From Arenimonas sp. (GTDB taxonomy: Bacteria > Pseudomonadota > Gammaproteobacteria > Xanthomonadales > Xanthomonadaceae), in assembly GCA_050737875.1 (NCBI GenBank), contig JBOHYG010000108.1:31241-95240 (forward strand): a DNA stretch of 64,000 nucleotides. The letters are read 5' to 3'. This document shows, piece after piece, positions 47,296-57,525 of this stretch (position 1 is its first letter; every line of letters starts with the position of its first letter). A program made the position numbers and the translations under genes. The notes under the pieces were generated by a model, which saw nothing but the letters and a program-made list of their open reading frames with translations, was not told where the DNA came from and ran no database searches.

Positions 47296-48234
47296 TTATC
47301 GAGATCCGAAACGTGCCCGGCAACCATCGCTCACCCACAATCCACGACTGTCATAGCCCCAGGTTCTTCCCGAGATGCATGATTGTCTCGAGAGTTGCTG
47401 GATCAAGCGTGGCGTGCCGTAACGGTGATCCCATGCGCAGGTCCGGTAATTGCCGTTGTCACTGGAACAGGTGACCGAATAATTGTTATCACCCCAGCCA
47501 CCACCGTTGTTGCCATAACTATCATAGAACTCTGCGCGACAGCCATTACGTACCCAGACGTAACCCGAACGCGAGCCCCAGTCGCGACCCATATCGCAGC
47601 TGTTATTGGAAATTTTGCGGTATAGCCGGGCCGGGCCGCGGAAACCGGTGCGGCATTCGCGGTACTGGTTGTTATTGCTTTCGCAGGTCACACGCCGGCC
47701 GTTGCCCCATTGGCCGTCATCCCAGCCGCCACCACCAGCCACTTCCGAAAAACGGGCGCGGCAACCATCGTTGACCCATATCGTATTTTGGCGCTGGCCC
47801 CAATTGCGGCCTTCATAGCAACGTGTTTTGGAAATTTGCTGGGTCAATACCGCGCGGCCACGGAATGGCGTGCGGCACTCGTTGTATCGGTTGTCGTTGC
47901 TGGAACAGACGAGGCTGCGTGCCGACCAGCCGCCGCCCGGATTCCAGACCCCACGACGGTTGGTGCCAAGGGAGTTGGAAATATCCGACCTGATCTGACT
48001 GAAGGTCCAGCCCGACTCGATCGAGTCCAGATAAAACTCGAGCTGGTCATCCGGTATTTGGCGTCCGTCGGATTGCTCGTAATATTCTTTTTCGATTACC
48101 CGCACCCGTTCCGGATAACTCAGGCGGCTCATGTTTTCCGGGGCATATGCCTTGTAACCGGATTGAGCCTGTACGGAGCTTGGCATTGCGAATGCAGCAG
48201 CGATGAAGCACAAAATCAACACTAATCTGGACAT
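47296..48234 (-). CDS. Secreted DUF3011 protein (three 4-Cys repeats), paralogue 2
   Basis: Same architecture as 46232-47137, with signal peptide AMPSSVQAQS. It has its own hairpin and T-run terminator downstream. Confidence 0.8.
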   Translation of the reverse strand: MSRLVLILCFIAAAFAMPSSVQAQSGYKAYAPENMSRLSYPERVRVIEKEYYEQSDGRQIPDDQLEFYLDSIESGWTFSQIRSDISNSLGTNRRGVWNPGGGWSARSLVCSSNDNRYNECRTPFRGRAVLTQQISKTRCYEGRNWGQRQNTIWVNDGCRARFSEVAGGGGWDDGQWGNGRRVTCESNNNQYRECRTGFRGPARLYRKISNNSCDMGRDWGSRSGYVWVRNGCRAEFYDSYGNNGGGWGDNNYSVTCSSDNGNYRTCAWDHRYGTPRLIQQLSRQSCISGRTWGYDSRGLWVSDGCRARFGSR

Positions 48235-48409
48235 TGCGAGTTCCCCTTTGTGGATAGCCCGGTTAGCTTAATGCCTGATACCGGCAAAACAACTGGATTC
48301 GGAAGGGCCTGGAATCGGTGTTTAATGAATATTTAGTTTGCCCGCGGGGCCGCAAATCCTTAAAATACAAGGCTTTCCGGTCAGCAGCCGGGTTATATCT
48401 GGAGTGTTC

Positions 48410-50167
48410 ATGCGTAGCCATTTTTGCGGTCTTGTAACAGAGGCCATGCTCGGTCAATCGGTGACCTTATGCGGTTGGGCCGACGTCGCCCGGAATCTTG
48501 GCGGAGTCTGTTTTATCGACTTGCGTGATCACGAAGGCATCGTGCAAGTGGTGGCCGAACCAGATAATCCTGCTTTCGCAACGGCTGCAGAAGTCGGTTA
48601 CGAATATTGCCTGAAAGTGACCGGTACCGTGCGTGCGCGGCATTCGGTCAATGACAAAATCAAAACCGGCCAAGTGGAAATTCTTGCCGAGAAAATCGAG
48701 ATATTGAACAAGTCCGATCCACTGCCGTTCTATAACCACGAAAACCCCGGCGAAGATATTCGCCTGCGCTATCGCTATCTCGATTTGCGTCGCCCGGAAA
48801 TGCAAAAAATGATGCGCAAGCGGATTGCGCTTGTGCAGTCGCTACGCCGTTTTCTCGATGCCCGCGGTTTCCAGGATATTGAAACACCGATCCTGACCAA
48901 GGCAACGCCGGAAGGTGCGCGCGACTACCTGGTGCCTTCGCGCGTGCATGCGGGCGAATTTTTCGCGCTTCCGCAATCGCCGCAATTGTTCAAGCAATTG
49001 CTGATGATGGCCGGCATGGATCGCTACTATCAAATCGCACGCTGCTTCCGTGACGAAGATTTACGCGCGGATCGCCAGCCGGAATTTACCCAGCTCGACA
49101 TGGAATTCGCCTTCATTAGCGAACGCGATATCCAGGATTTCGTCGAAGACATGATTCGCCAGGTATTCAAGGAAGTACAGGACGTTGAATTGGCCAGCCC
49201 ATTTCCGCGCATGACCTATGCCGAAACCATGCGTCGCTACGGTTCCGACAAACCGGATCTGCGTATCGACCTGGAATTGGTCGACATTGCCGAATTGGTC
49301 AAGAGCTGCGAATTCAAGGTATTTACCGATTGGGCCAATCACGAAGAAGGTCGCGTCGCTGCCTTGCGCGTGCCTGCCGGCGGTGCGTTGTCACGCAAAC
49401 AGATCGACGACCTCGGTGCGTATTGCGCGAAATACGGCGCCAAGGGTCTTGCTTACATGAAAGTCGAGGACTTGGGCAAAGGCCGCGAAGGCGTCAATTC
49501 GCCGATCTCGAAATTCCTCGATGACGCGACGCTGCAAGGCATTCTTTCGAACACCCAGGCGCAATCGGGCGACATTATTTTCTTCGGTGCCGGTTCCTGG
49601 AAAGTCGTTTGCGATTTCATGGGCGCCTTGCGTTTGAAGGTCGCGAAAGATTTGAAACAGGTGAAAGATATTTGGGCCCCGATGTGGGTGACCGATTTTC
49701 CGATGTTCGAATGGGACGAAGACGAAAAACGCTACGCCGCCTTGCATCATCCTTTCACCGCGCCGAAAGTCGATGACGTGAATGATTTGATCGCCAATGC
49801 GAAAACCGCCGTGAGCCGCGGTTACGACATGGTCTTGAACGGTAATGAAATCGGCGGCGGCTCGGTGCGTATCCATCGCTCCGACATGCAAAGTACGGTG
49901 TTTGATTTGCTCGGTATTTCGAAGGAAGAAGCGCAGACCAAATTCGGCTTCCTGCTTGAAGCCCTGAAATACGGCGCACCTCCGCATGGCGGCATCGCTT
50001 TTGGTATCGATCGCATTTCCGCGTTGATGGCCGGCACCGAATCGATCCGCGACGTGATTGCATTCCCGAAAACCGCTTCGGCACAATGTCTGCTGACCAG
50101 TGCACCGTCGCAGATTCCGGACAAGCAATTGGCAGAGTTGCACGTTAAAGTACGCGAACCAAAATAA
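48410..50167 (+). CDS. aspS: Aspartate--tRNA ligase
   Basis: Internal ATG at 48410 (MRSHFCGLV...) preceded by GGAG. Class II motifs are [18 protein letters not shown] and GGGSVRIH...[12 protein letters not shown]. Confidence 0.97.
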   Translation: MRSHFCGLVTEAMLGQSVTLCGWADVARNLGGVCFIDLRDHEGIVQVVAEPDNPAFATAAEVGYEYCLKVTGTVRARHSVNDKIKTGQVEILAEKIEILNKSDPLPFYNHENPGEDIRLRYRYLDLRRPEMQKMMRKRIALVQSLRRFLDARGFQDIETPILTKATPEGARDYLVPSRVHAGEFFALPQSPQLFKQLLMMAGMDRYYQIARCFRDEDLRADRQPEFTQLDMEFAFISERDIQDFVEDMIRQVFKEVQDVELASPFPRMTYAETMRRYGSDKPDLRIDLELVDIAELVKSCEFKVFTDWANHEEGRVAALRVPAGGALSRKQIDDLGAYCAKYGAKGLAYMKVEDLGKGREGVNSPISKFLDDATLQGILSNTQAQSGDIIFFGAGSWKVVCDFMGALRLKVAKDLKQVKDIWAPMWVTDFPMFEWDEDEKRYAALHHPFTAPKVDDVNDLIANAKTAVSRGYDMVLNGNEIGGGSVRIHRSDMQSTVFDLLGISKEEAQTKFGFLLEALKYGAPPHGGIAFGIDRISALMAGTESIRDVIAFPKTASAQCLLTSAPSQIPDKQLAELHVKVREPK

Positions 50168-50175
50168 GATTGAGT

Positions 50176-50252
50176 GTAGGACCGACGGAAGCCGTAGGAC
50201 CGACGGAAGTCGGGACAGGGTTTGTAAAGATCGCGACTTCCGTCGCTCCTGC
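50176..50252. repeat. Three copies of a 19-nt motif (two direct, one inverted) forming a long hairpin downstream of aspS
   Basis: GTAGGACCGACGGAAG is at 50176-50191 and GTAGGACCGACGGAAGTCG at 50194-50212. The inverted copy CGACTTCCGTCGCTCCTGC is at 50234-50252 (17/19 complementary, with a perfect 12-bp core). Confidence 0.75.
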
Positions 50253-50271
50253 CACCATTTCAGCAAGGGGA

Positions 50272-50898
50272 ATGCTTCGCATGGCGGAACCGGTGGTATT
50301 GCTTCATGGCGTATGGATGCGCAGTCCTGCCTTGCTGATGCTATCGAGCCGACTGAAGGCGCGCGGCTTTGCGCCCATTCGTTTCGACTACGCCAGCCTG
50401 TTTCGCAATCCATCCAGATCCATGGAAAAACTGGCGATGAAGCTTTATGGCTTCGGTAACGGTCCTGTGCATCTGGTCGGTCATAGTCTCGGCGGCTTGA
50501 TGGCGGTCGAAACACTTAATCAATATCAAAAACTGCCACCCGGCCGCGTTGTGTGTTTGGGTTCGCCACTGGCGGGTAGCGGCACGGCACGGCTGCTGTA
50601 TCAAAAACATTTGAGTTTCATGACTGGCAAAAGCGGCCCTTTGTTGCGCGGCGGACTGATGCAGGTACCCGATGGCCGGGAAGTCGGCATGATTGCCGGT
50701 GCCAAAGGGCGCGGTCTTGGGCAAATGATCCGTAAATTCGATGGCCTGCATGATGGCACCGTCGCGGTTTGGGAAACGCGGATTCCCGGGCTGACCGAAC
50801 ATTTGGTAGTCCCTGTTTCGCACACCGGCCTGGTGTTTTCGAAAGACGTTGCCGAGCACACCGCCAATTTTCTGGAAAGCGGTCGTTTTGAGCGCTAG
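50272..50898 (+). CDS. Alpha/beta-fold hydrolase (lipase/esterase-like)
   Basis: VVLLHGVWM...LVGHSLGG (nucleophile elbow). The start is uncertain (ATG 50272 or 50281). The ORF-track start at 50170 runs through a repeat element. Confidence 0.75.
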   Translation: MLRMAEPVVLLHGVWMRSPALLMLSSRLKARGFAPIRFDYASLFRNPSRSMEKLAMKLYGFGNGPVHLVGHSLGGLMAVETLNQYQKLPPGRVVCLGSPLAGSGTARLLYQKHLSFMTGKSGPLLRGGLMQVPDGREVGMIAGAKGRGLGQMIRKFDGLHDGTVAVWETRIPGLTEHLVVPVSHTGLVFSKDVAEHTANFLESGRFER

Positions 50899-50960
50899 AG
50901 AAGGCCGCGGGCTATAATCGCGTATTGTCACCAACACATAACCAGAGACGGATATTCAGT

Positions 50961-51692
50961 ATGGGCAGAGGGCCATCCATCGCAGGTCGCAAGGGCGTAC
51001 AAGACGCCAAACGCGGCCAGATTTTCACCAAGTTGATTCGCGAAATCGGTGCCGCGGCACGCAATGGCGGTGGTGATCCGAAGACCAATTCGCGCCTGCG
51101 CATGGCGGTCGATAAATCGCTGTCGATGAACATGAGCAAGGACGTGATCGAGCGTGCGATCAAGAAAGCCACCGGCGAACTTGACGGGATCAATTACGAA
51201 GAAATCCGTTATGAAGGTTATGCCCCCGGCGGTATCGCCGTGCTGGTGGATTGCCTGACTGAAAACAAATTGCGAACCGTCGCCGAAGTGCGTCACGCTT
51301 TCAGCAAATGCGGCGGCAATATGGGTACCGAAGGCTCGGTCGCTTTCATGTTCAAGAAACTCGGCGTCATCACTTTCGTGCCCGGCAGCGACGAAGACCA
51401 TATCACCGAAGTTGCCATTGATGCCGGTGCCGACGATATCGTCGTGTATCCGGACGACGGCTATATCGACGTGATCACCGCGCCGGAAAATTTCGAAGCG
51501 GTAAAAGCTGCGATGGATGCGGCATCACTCCAATACGTCGAAGCCGAAGTCACCATGCGGGCCGACAACGACATTGCCGTTGAAGGCGATACCGCCAAAC
51601 AAGTCGTGAAGATGCTCGGCATGTTGGAAGATCTCGAAGACGTGCAGAACGTTTATTCGAATGCCGAATTGGGTGAAGATGCTTATTCGTAA
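50961..51692 (+). CDS. yebC: YebC/PmpR-family transcriptional regulator / translation factor
   Basis: [29 protein letters not shown]...[13 protein letters not shown]...YEGYAPGG. This is the N-terminal variant seen in Xanthomonas-type YebC. Confidence 0.93.
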   Translation: MGRGPSIAGRKGVQDAKRGQIFTKLIREIGAAARNGGGDPKTNSRLRMAVDKSLSMNMSKDVIERAIKKATGELDGINYEEIRYEGYAPGGIAVLVDCLTENKLRTVAEVRHAFSKCGGNMGTEGSVAFMFKKLGVITFVPGSDEDHITEVAIDAGADDIVVYPDDGYIDVITAPENFEAVKAAMDAASLQYVEAEVTMRADNDIAVEGDTAKQVVKMLGMLEDLEDVQNVYSNAELGEDAYS

Positions 51693-51707
51693 GCCGAGTC
51701 TCGTTTC

Positions 51708-52229
51708 ATGACCCGCATCCTCGGCATCGATCCGGGTTCGCAACGCACCGGCGTCGGCATTATCGATTCCGATGCCAGCGGTCGCTGCGTGCATGTGTTC
51801 CATGCCCCGATTGTGTTGCTGGGTGCCGATGATTTCCCGAAACGCTTGAAAATATTGCTGGACGAGCTCGGCGCGATTATCGAGAAATACCAGCCGCAGG
51901 AAGTCGCTATCGAAAAAGTATTCATGGCGAAAAATCCCGATTCCGCATTGAAGCTCGGCCAGGCCCGTGGCGCAGCGATGTGCGCTGCAGTCATGCGAGA
52001 TTTGCCGGTCCATGAATACGCGGCAAAAGAAATTAAACTGGCAGTGGTTGGCAAGGGCAGTGCGGACAAAGTGCAGGTACAGCATATGGTCGGAGTGATG
52101 TTGAACTTGCAGGGCAAACTGCAGGCCGATGCTGCCGATGCCTTGGGCGTCGCACTGACCCATGCGCATCTTCGTGCAGCTGTAAAACGTGTAGGTGTTA
52201 CCGCGCAGCAACTTTGGAGACGCAAATGA
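51708..52229 (+). CDS. ruvC: Crossover junction endodeoxyribonuclease RuvC
   Basis: [16 protein letters not shown]...[24 protein letters not shown]...[13 protein letters not shown]. Confidence 0.95.
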   Translation: MTRILGIDPGSQRTGVGIIDSDASGRCVHVFHAPIVLLGADDFPKRLKILLDELGAIIEKYQPQEVAIEKVFMAKNPDSALKLGQARGAAMCAAVMRDLPVHEYAAKEIKLAVVGKGSADKVQVQHMVGVMLNLQGKLQADAADALGVALTHAHLRAAVKRVGVTAQQLWRRK

Positions 52230-52819
52230 TTGGTCGCTTGAAAGGCATCCTGATTCACAAGCAGCCGCCCTGGCTGGTGATCGATGTGCAGGGTGTTGGT
52301 TATGAACTCGAAGCACCGATGTCCACGATTTATGACTTGCCGGAACTGGGTCGCGAAGTTTCTTTATTCACCCATTACGCTGTGAAAGAAGATTCGGTTG
52401 CTTTGTACGGTTTCATGCGTGAGCACGAACGTCGCATGTTTCGCGAAGTACAAAAAGTCTCCGGTATTGGCGCAAAAATTGCGCTTGCGATTTTGTCCGG
52501 CTCCAGCGTCGACGAATTTGCACGTTTGGTACAAAGCGGCGACATCACGGCCTTGTGCCGCATCCCCGGGATCGGGAAGAAAACCGCCGAACGTATCGTG
52601 GTCGAATTGCGGGATCGTGCCGCCGATTTGATCACCGGCTCGGTGCTGATTACTGGCAGCAAAGACATTCCGGCAGACCCGGTGTCCGAGGCGAGCATTG
52701 CCCTGCAGCAGTTGGGCTACAAACCGGCCGAGATCAGCAAAATGGTCAAAATCGCCGAAACCGGCGATTCGGCTGAAGATATCATCCGAAAAGCGTTAAA
52801 ATCCGCTCTTCGCAGCTAG
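52226..52819 (+). CDS. ruvA: Holliday junction branch migration complex subunit RuvA
   Basis: [27 protein letters not shown]...[13 protein letters not shown]...[20 protein letters not shown] overlap with ruvC. Confidence 0.95.
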   Translation: MIGRLKGILIHKQPPWLVIDVQGVGYELEAPMSTIYDLPELGREVSLFTHYAVKEDSVALYGFMREHERRMFREVQKVSGIGAKIALAILSGSSVDEFARLVQSGDITALCRIPGIGKKTAERIVVELRDRAADLITGSVLITGSKDIPADPVSEASIALQQLGYKPAEISKMVKIAETGDSAEDIIRKALKSALRS

Positions 52820-52839
52820 TTTGTCTGGATAAAAACTCA

Positions 52840-54726
52840 ATGTCGCACACGGAAGATGGGCATGGCTCGAAAAAACTGGCACCTCTTATCATGGGGGCCA
52901 TCGGAGTAGTATTCGGTGATATCGGTACCAGTCCGCTCTATACCCTGAAAGAAGCGTTTGGCCATGCATACGGTTTGGAGCTCAATCAAGCCAATGTGTA
53001 CGGCATTTTGAGTCTGGTGTTCTGGGCGATGCTGCTGATCGTCACGATCAAATATGTTTCTGTCGTGATGCGCGCCGATAACCGTGGTGAAGGCGGGATT
53101 CTTGCATTGATGACGGTGGTAAAGCGCACTTTGCCGATTGCATCGCCGCTCACTTACACGGTCGGCATATTGAGTGTTTTGGGCACGGCCTTGTTTTTCG
53201 GTGATGCGGTGATCACGCCCGCCATGTCGGTCTTGTCGGCAGTGGAAGGTCTTGAAGTCGCAACACCTGCATTGAAACCGTACGTGGTGCCGGTTTCGCT
53301 TGTCGTGTTGTTGATATTGTTTGCCGTGCAGCGCAAAGGTACCGACAAAGTCGGCAAGATGTTCGGACCTGTGATGATTCTGTGGTTTGCGGTGTTGGCA
53401 ATTCTGGGCGTAGTGCAAATCCTCAAGCATCCTTCCGTATTGCAGGCTTTAAGCCCGCATTACGCAGTACAATTTTTCATCTTGCACGGAAAGTTGTCAT
53501 GGTTGGCGTTGGGCGCAGTTGTCCTGGCAGTCACCGGTGGTGAAGCCTTGTATGCCGACATGGGCCATTTCGGTCGCATTCCGATTCGTTACGCCTGGAT
53601 GTTTTTCGTCATGCCTTGTCTGCTGCTTAATTATCTCGGACAGGGCGCGCTGGTGTTGTCATCGCCTGAAGCAGTCGCCAATCCGTTCTACCACATGGTG
53701 CCGGATATGCTTTTGTATCCCGCCATCGGTTTGGCGATGCTGGCGACGGTGATTGCATCGCAGGCGGTAATCTCTGGTGCATTCTCGCTGGCACGCCAGG
53801 CTATCCAGTTGGGTTATCTGCCTCGGCTGCAACTTATCCATACTTCTCACGAAACGATCGGGCAAATTTTCGTGCCGTGGATCAATCGTATTTTGCTGAT
53901 AGTCGTGATGATTCTGGTCGTGAGTTTCGGCAGTTCCACCAATCTGGCGTCTGCCTATGGCGTGTCGGTTACCGGCGCCATGCTGATCGATACCTTCCTG
54001 TTGATCATTCTGGCGTCAACGCGCTGGCGCTGGTCGGGCTGGGCCATTTTTTTGGTCGGCGGTGCCTACATTGTCATCGATACCGCCTTGTTCAGTGCCA
54101 ATGCAATCAAGTTTTTCCACGGCGCCTGGGTGCCGTTCGCCATCACGATTATTGTCTTTACCGTGATGCGTACCTGGCGACGCGGACGCGATTTGGTGCG
54201 TGAACAAATTAATCGGGACAGTTTGCGTATCGAACATTTCGTGCAGAGCGTGATGGTGGACCCGCCGGTACGCGTGAGCGGCACCGCCATTTTCATGACG
54301 CCATCGAACGACTATATGCCGCCGGCGCTGCTGCATAACCTGAAGCACAATAAAGTCCTGCACGAACGCAACGTCTTTCTGTCCGTTGAAACCCTGAATG
54401 TCCCGCGTGCCGACGACAGCGAGCGCGTCGCCCACAGCGACCTTGGACATGGTTTTGCACGACTGACCTTGCGTTACGGTTACATGGAAGATCCGGACGT
54501 ACCGAAGGCACTTAAACGCTGGTCGATTCCAGGTCCGCCATTTGATCCGATGGATACGACTTTCTTCGCAAGCCGCGAAGCACTGACGGCAAATGCCGAT
54601 CAAGGCATGGCTTTGTGGCGCGACAAGCTATTCCTGATAATGTCCCGCAATGCGACCTCGGCTACCGAATTCTTCGGTATCCCCGGTGACCGCCTGGTCG
54701 AGCTGGGCACAAAGGTAGTGATTTAG
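52840..54726 (+). CDS. kup: KUP-family potassium transporter
   Basis: GAIGVVFGDIGTSPLYTLKE...GGEALYADMGHFG. 12 TM helices plus a cytoplasmic C-domain. Confidence 0.95.
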   Translation: MSHTEDGHGSKKLAPLIMGAIGVVFGDIGTSPLYTLKEAFGHAYGLELNQANVYGILSLVFWAMLLIVTIKYVSVVMRADNRGEGGILALMTVVKRTLPIASPLTYTVGILSVLGTALFFGDAVITPAMSVLSAVEGLEVATPALKPYVVPVSLVVLLILFAVQRKGTDKVGKMFGPVMILWFAVLAILGVVQILKHPSVLQALSPHYAVQFFILHGKLSWLALGAVVLAVTGGEALYADMGHFGRIPIRYAWMFFVMPCLLLNYLGQGALVLSSPEAVANPFYHMVPDMLLYPAIGLAMLATVIASQAVISGAFSLARQAIQLGYLPRLQLIHTSHETIGQIFVPWINRILLIVVMILVVSFGSSTNLASAYGVSVTGAMLIDTFLLIILASTRWRWSGWAIFLVGGAYIVIDTALFSANAIKFFHGAWVPFAITIIVFTVMRTWRRGRDLVREQINRDSLRIEHFVQSVMVDPPVRVSGTAIFMTPSNDYMPPALLHNLKHNKVLHERNVFLSVETLNVPRADDSERVAHSDLGHGFARLTLRYGYMEDPDVPKALKRWSIPGPPFDPMDTTFFASREALTANADQGMALWRDKLFLIMSRNATSATEFFGIPGDRLVELGTKVVI

Positions 54727-55767
54727 ATGAACGACAGGGTCATTTCTTCCTCGGCAACGCGCGAAGACGATATCGCCGAAGCCAGTATTCGTCCGAAAAA
54801 ACTGGATGAATACCTGGGCCAGGAAGCGGTACGCGAGCAGATGAAGATATTCATCGAGGCTTCCAAACGTCGCGGCGATTCACTCGACCATGTATTGATT
54901 TTCGGGCCGCCCGGTTTGGGTAAAACGACCCTGAGTCATGTGATTGCTAATGAAATGGGCGTCAATATTCGTTCGACTTCGGGACCGGTGATTGAACGCG
55001 CCGGCGATTTGGCGGCTTTGCTGACCAATCTGCAACCGCACGATGTTCTGTTTATCGACGAGATTCATCGCTTGTCGCCAGTCGTGGAAGAAGTACTGTA
55101 TCCGGCGATGGAAGATTTCCAGATCGACATCATGATCGGCGAAGGTCCGGCCGCGCGTTCGATCAAACTGGATTTACCGCCATTCACCCTGATCGGTGCC
55201 ACCACGCGAGCCGGTTTGTTGACCGGGCCCTTGCGCGATCGTTTCGGCATCGTGCAGCGCTTGGCTTTTTATACCAATGAAGAGTTGACCAGGATTGTCC
55301 GGCGTTCCGCGACTATTTTGAATATCGATTGCGACGCCGAAGGCGCTGCCGAAATCGCCTGCCGCTCGCGCGGCACTCCTCGTATCGCCAACCGGTTATT
55401 GCGCCGCGTACGCGATTACGCGCAAGTCAAAGGCAACGGCCATATCGACACGGCGACAGCCCAGGCGGCAATGCAAATGCTGAAAGTCGATCCCGAAGGT
55501 TTCGACGAGATCGATCGGCGCATGCTGCGCCTGATGATCGATAACTTCGACGGCGGCCCGGTAGGTATCGAATCGCTTGCAGCGGCATTGTCGGAAGAGC
55601 GCGGAACATTGGAAGACGTGATCGAACCGTTCCTGATCCAGCAAGGTTTCATTATTCGCACGGCGCGTGGCCGCATGGCGACGCACAAAGCTTATATCCA
55701 TCTGGGATTGAAGGCGCCGCGCCGTCCTGCCTCGGATTTATTCGCCATCGAGCCCGAGGCGGAATGA
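54727..55767 (+). CDS. ruvB: Holliday junction branch migration DNA helicase RuvB
   Basis: [12 protein letters not shown]...GPPGLGKTT...LFIDEIHRL...GATTRAG. Confidence 0.97.
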   Translation: MNDRVISSSATREDDIAEASIRPKKLDEYLGQEAVREQMKIFIEASKRRGDSLDHVLIFGPPGLGKTTLSHVIANEMGVNIRSTSGPVIERAGDLAALLTNLQPHDVLFIDEIHRLSPVVEEVLYPAMEDFQIDIMIGEGPAARSIKLDLPPFTLIGATTRAGLLTGPLRDRFGIVQRLAFYTNEELTRIVRRSATILNIDCDAEGAAEIACRSRGTPRIANRLLRRVRDYAQVKGNGHIDTATAQAAMQMLKVDPEGFDEIDRRMLRLMIDNFDGGPVGIESLAAALSEERGTLEDVIEPFLIQQGFIIRTARGRMATHKAYIHLGLKAPRRPASDLFAIEPEAE

Positions 55768-55821
55768 CAGTCGCGCCCAATTTCCTGATGGAAAGTTTTC
55801 AGCAGCACGGGACATGGTGAG

Positions 55822-56220
55822 ATGACGTTCAGCTGGCCTATAAGAGTGTACTGGGAAGATACCGATGCCGGCGGTGTGGTGTATCACGCGCGCTACCTGC
55901 ATTTTTTCGAGCGTGCGCGTTCCGAATGGCTACGCAGCGCCGGTGTATCGCAACTCCAGTTGCGGCAGGAACAGGATGTGATCTTGGTAGTCAAGGACGT
56001 GTATCTGGATATTTTGCGACCAGCCCGAATCGACGATGCCCTCATTGCGACGGTCAAAGTTGTCGAGATCGGACGCGCGAGCTTCAAGACATCCCAGGAA
56101 CTGTGGCGGGGTTCCGAGTGTCTGAGCAAGGCCGAGGTGAAAGTGGCCTGTCTGCGTTCCAGTAGTTTCAAGCCTTGTGGCTTACCCGACGAAATAAATC
56201 AGGCGCTGGCGAGCGCGTGA
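55822..56220 (+). CDS. ybgC: Tol-Pal associated acyl-CoA thioesterase
   Basis: VYWEDTDAGGVVYHARYLHFFERARSEWLR hotdog-fold motif, positioned before tolQ. Confidence 0.9.
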   Translation: MTFSWPIRVYWEDTDAGGVVYHARYLHFFERARSEWLRSAGVSQLQLRQEQDVILVVKDVYLDILRPARIDDALIATVKVVEIGRASFKTSQELWRGSECLSKAEVKVACLRSSSFKPCGLPDEINQALASA

Positions 56221-56256
56221 AAAATAGAAGATAAAAATAGATAGGCAGGAGAGTGT

Positions 56257-57036
56257 ATGAGTGTCATGAACGTAATTTTGCAGATGGCGGCAGCTCCGGT
56301 GCAGGCATTGCCAGCTGAGCCGCTGCAAAAGGTTGCGGACGCAGCCGCAGCCGTGCCGGGTCCCGGGTTGAATTACTGGGAGCTGATCGCGAATGCCAGT
56401 TTGCCGGTACAAATCATTATCTTCCTGCTGGTAATTGCTTCGATTTTCAGCTGGGTAATTATTTTCTCGAAGATGCGCGTGTATGCCCGCGCCAATCGGG
56501 CCGCGGACGATTTCGAAGGTCGCTTCTGGTCGGGTGCGGAATTAACGCAGCTATATCGCGAAGCGACCGACCGCAATCATGATGCTTCCGGGCTAGAGGC
56601 CATCTTCGAATCGGGTTTCCGTGAATTTTCGCGCTTGCGCCAGAAAAAAAGCGTCGATGCCCGCGTGCAACTCGAAGGCGCACAACGCGCGATGCGTGCC
56701 ACGCTCGCACGCGAAGTCGATGCACTCGAACACAATCTCGAAATGTTGGCGAACGTCGGTTCGACCGCACCCTATGTCGGCCTGGTCGGTACCGTGTTCG
56801 GCATCATGGTGACTTTTCACGGCATCGTCGTGAATAAACAAAACACCATCGATGCGGTTGCACCGGGTATTTCGGAAGCCTTGTTGGCGACGGCGATCGG
56901 TTTGTTCGTCGCCATCCCAGCCGTCTGGGCGTACAACCGTTACGCAACGCGTGTTGAACGCTTGAGTGTTCGTTATGAAAGTTTTGCCGAAGAGTTTTCG
57001 TCGATTCTGCAAAGACAGACGCATGTTGATGACTAA
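56257..57036 (+). CDS. tolQ: Tol-Pal system protein TolQ
   Basis: MotA/TolQ/ExbB channel motifs (GSTAPYVGLVGTVFGIM, ISEALLATAIGLFVAIPA). Confidence 0.93.
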   Translation: MSVMNVILQMAAAPVQALPAEPLQKVADAAAAVPGPGLNYWELIANASLPVQIIIFLLVIASIFSWVIIFSKMRVYARANRAADDFEGRFWSGAELTQLYREATDRNHDASGLEAIFESGFREFSRLRQKKSVDARVQLEGAQRAMRATLAREVDALEHNLEMLANVGSTAPYVGLVGTVFGIMVTFHGIVVNKQNTIDAVAPGISEALLATAIGLFVAIPAVWAYNRYATRVERLSVRYESFAEEFSSILQRQTHVDD

Positions 57037-57084
57037 GGAAATGTTTGACCCTTATCTCGTGTCAGGGACGTTAAGGAATTCGTT

Positions 57085-57525
57085 ATGAGTACCGCATTTT
57101 CCACCCGCCACCGCAAACGTCACAAATTGAAGGCCGAAATCAATGTCGTGCCTTATATCGACGTGATGCTGGTGTTGTTGATCATTTTTATGGCCACCGC
57201 ACCTCTGTTGAATTTGGGTGTTGATGTTGATTTGCCCGATTCCAATGCAAAAGCCATCAACACAGATAAAAAGCCGATCATCGTCTCGGTCGATGTCAAC
57301 GGCGAGTACAAAATCAAGATTGGCGATAGTCCAAGCGAAGCGGTGAACGCTGCAACACTTGCCGCACGGGTAGAACAACTGACGCAAACCAACAAAGACC
57401 TTACCGTGTTCGTGGCGGGAGACAACGATGCCAGTTATAGCGCCGTGTATGGCGCAATGGTGCTGTTGCAGCAAGCCAAAGTTGCGCGTGTCGGCATGAT
57501 GAGCAAACCGGAGAATGGCAACTGA
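57085..57525 (+). CDS. tolR: Tol-Pal system protein TolR
   Basis: AEINVVPYIDVMLVLLIIFM (ExbD/TolR TM segment with the conserved Asp). Confidence 0.9.
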   Translation: MSTAFSTRHRKRHKLKAEINVVPYIDVMLVLLIIFMATAPLLNLGVDVDLPDSNAKAINTDKKPIIVSVDVNGEYKIKIGDSPSEAVNAATLAARVEQLTQTNKDLTVFVAGDNDASYSAVYGAMVLLQQAKVARVGMMSKPENGN

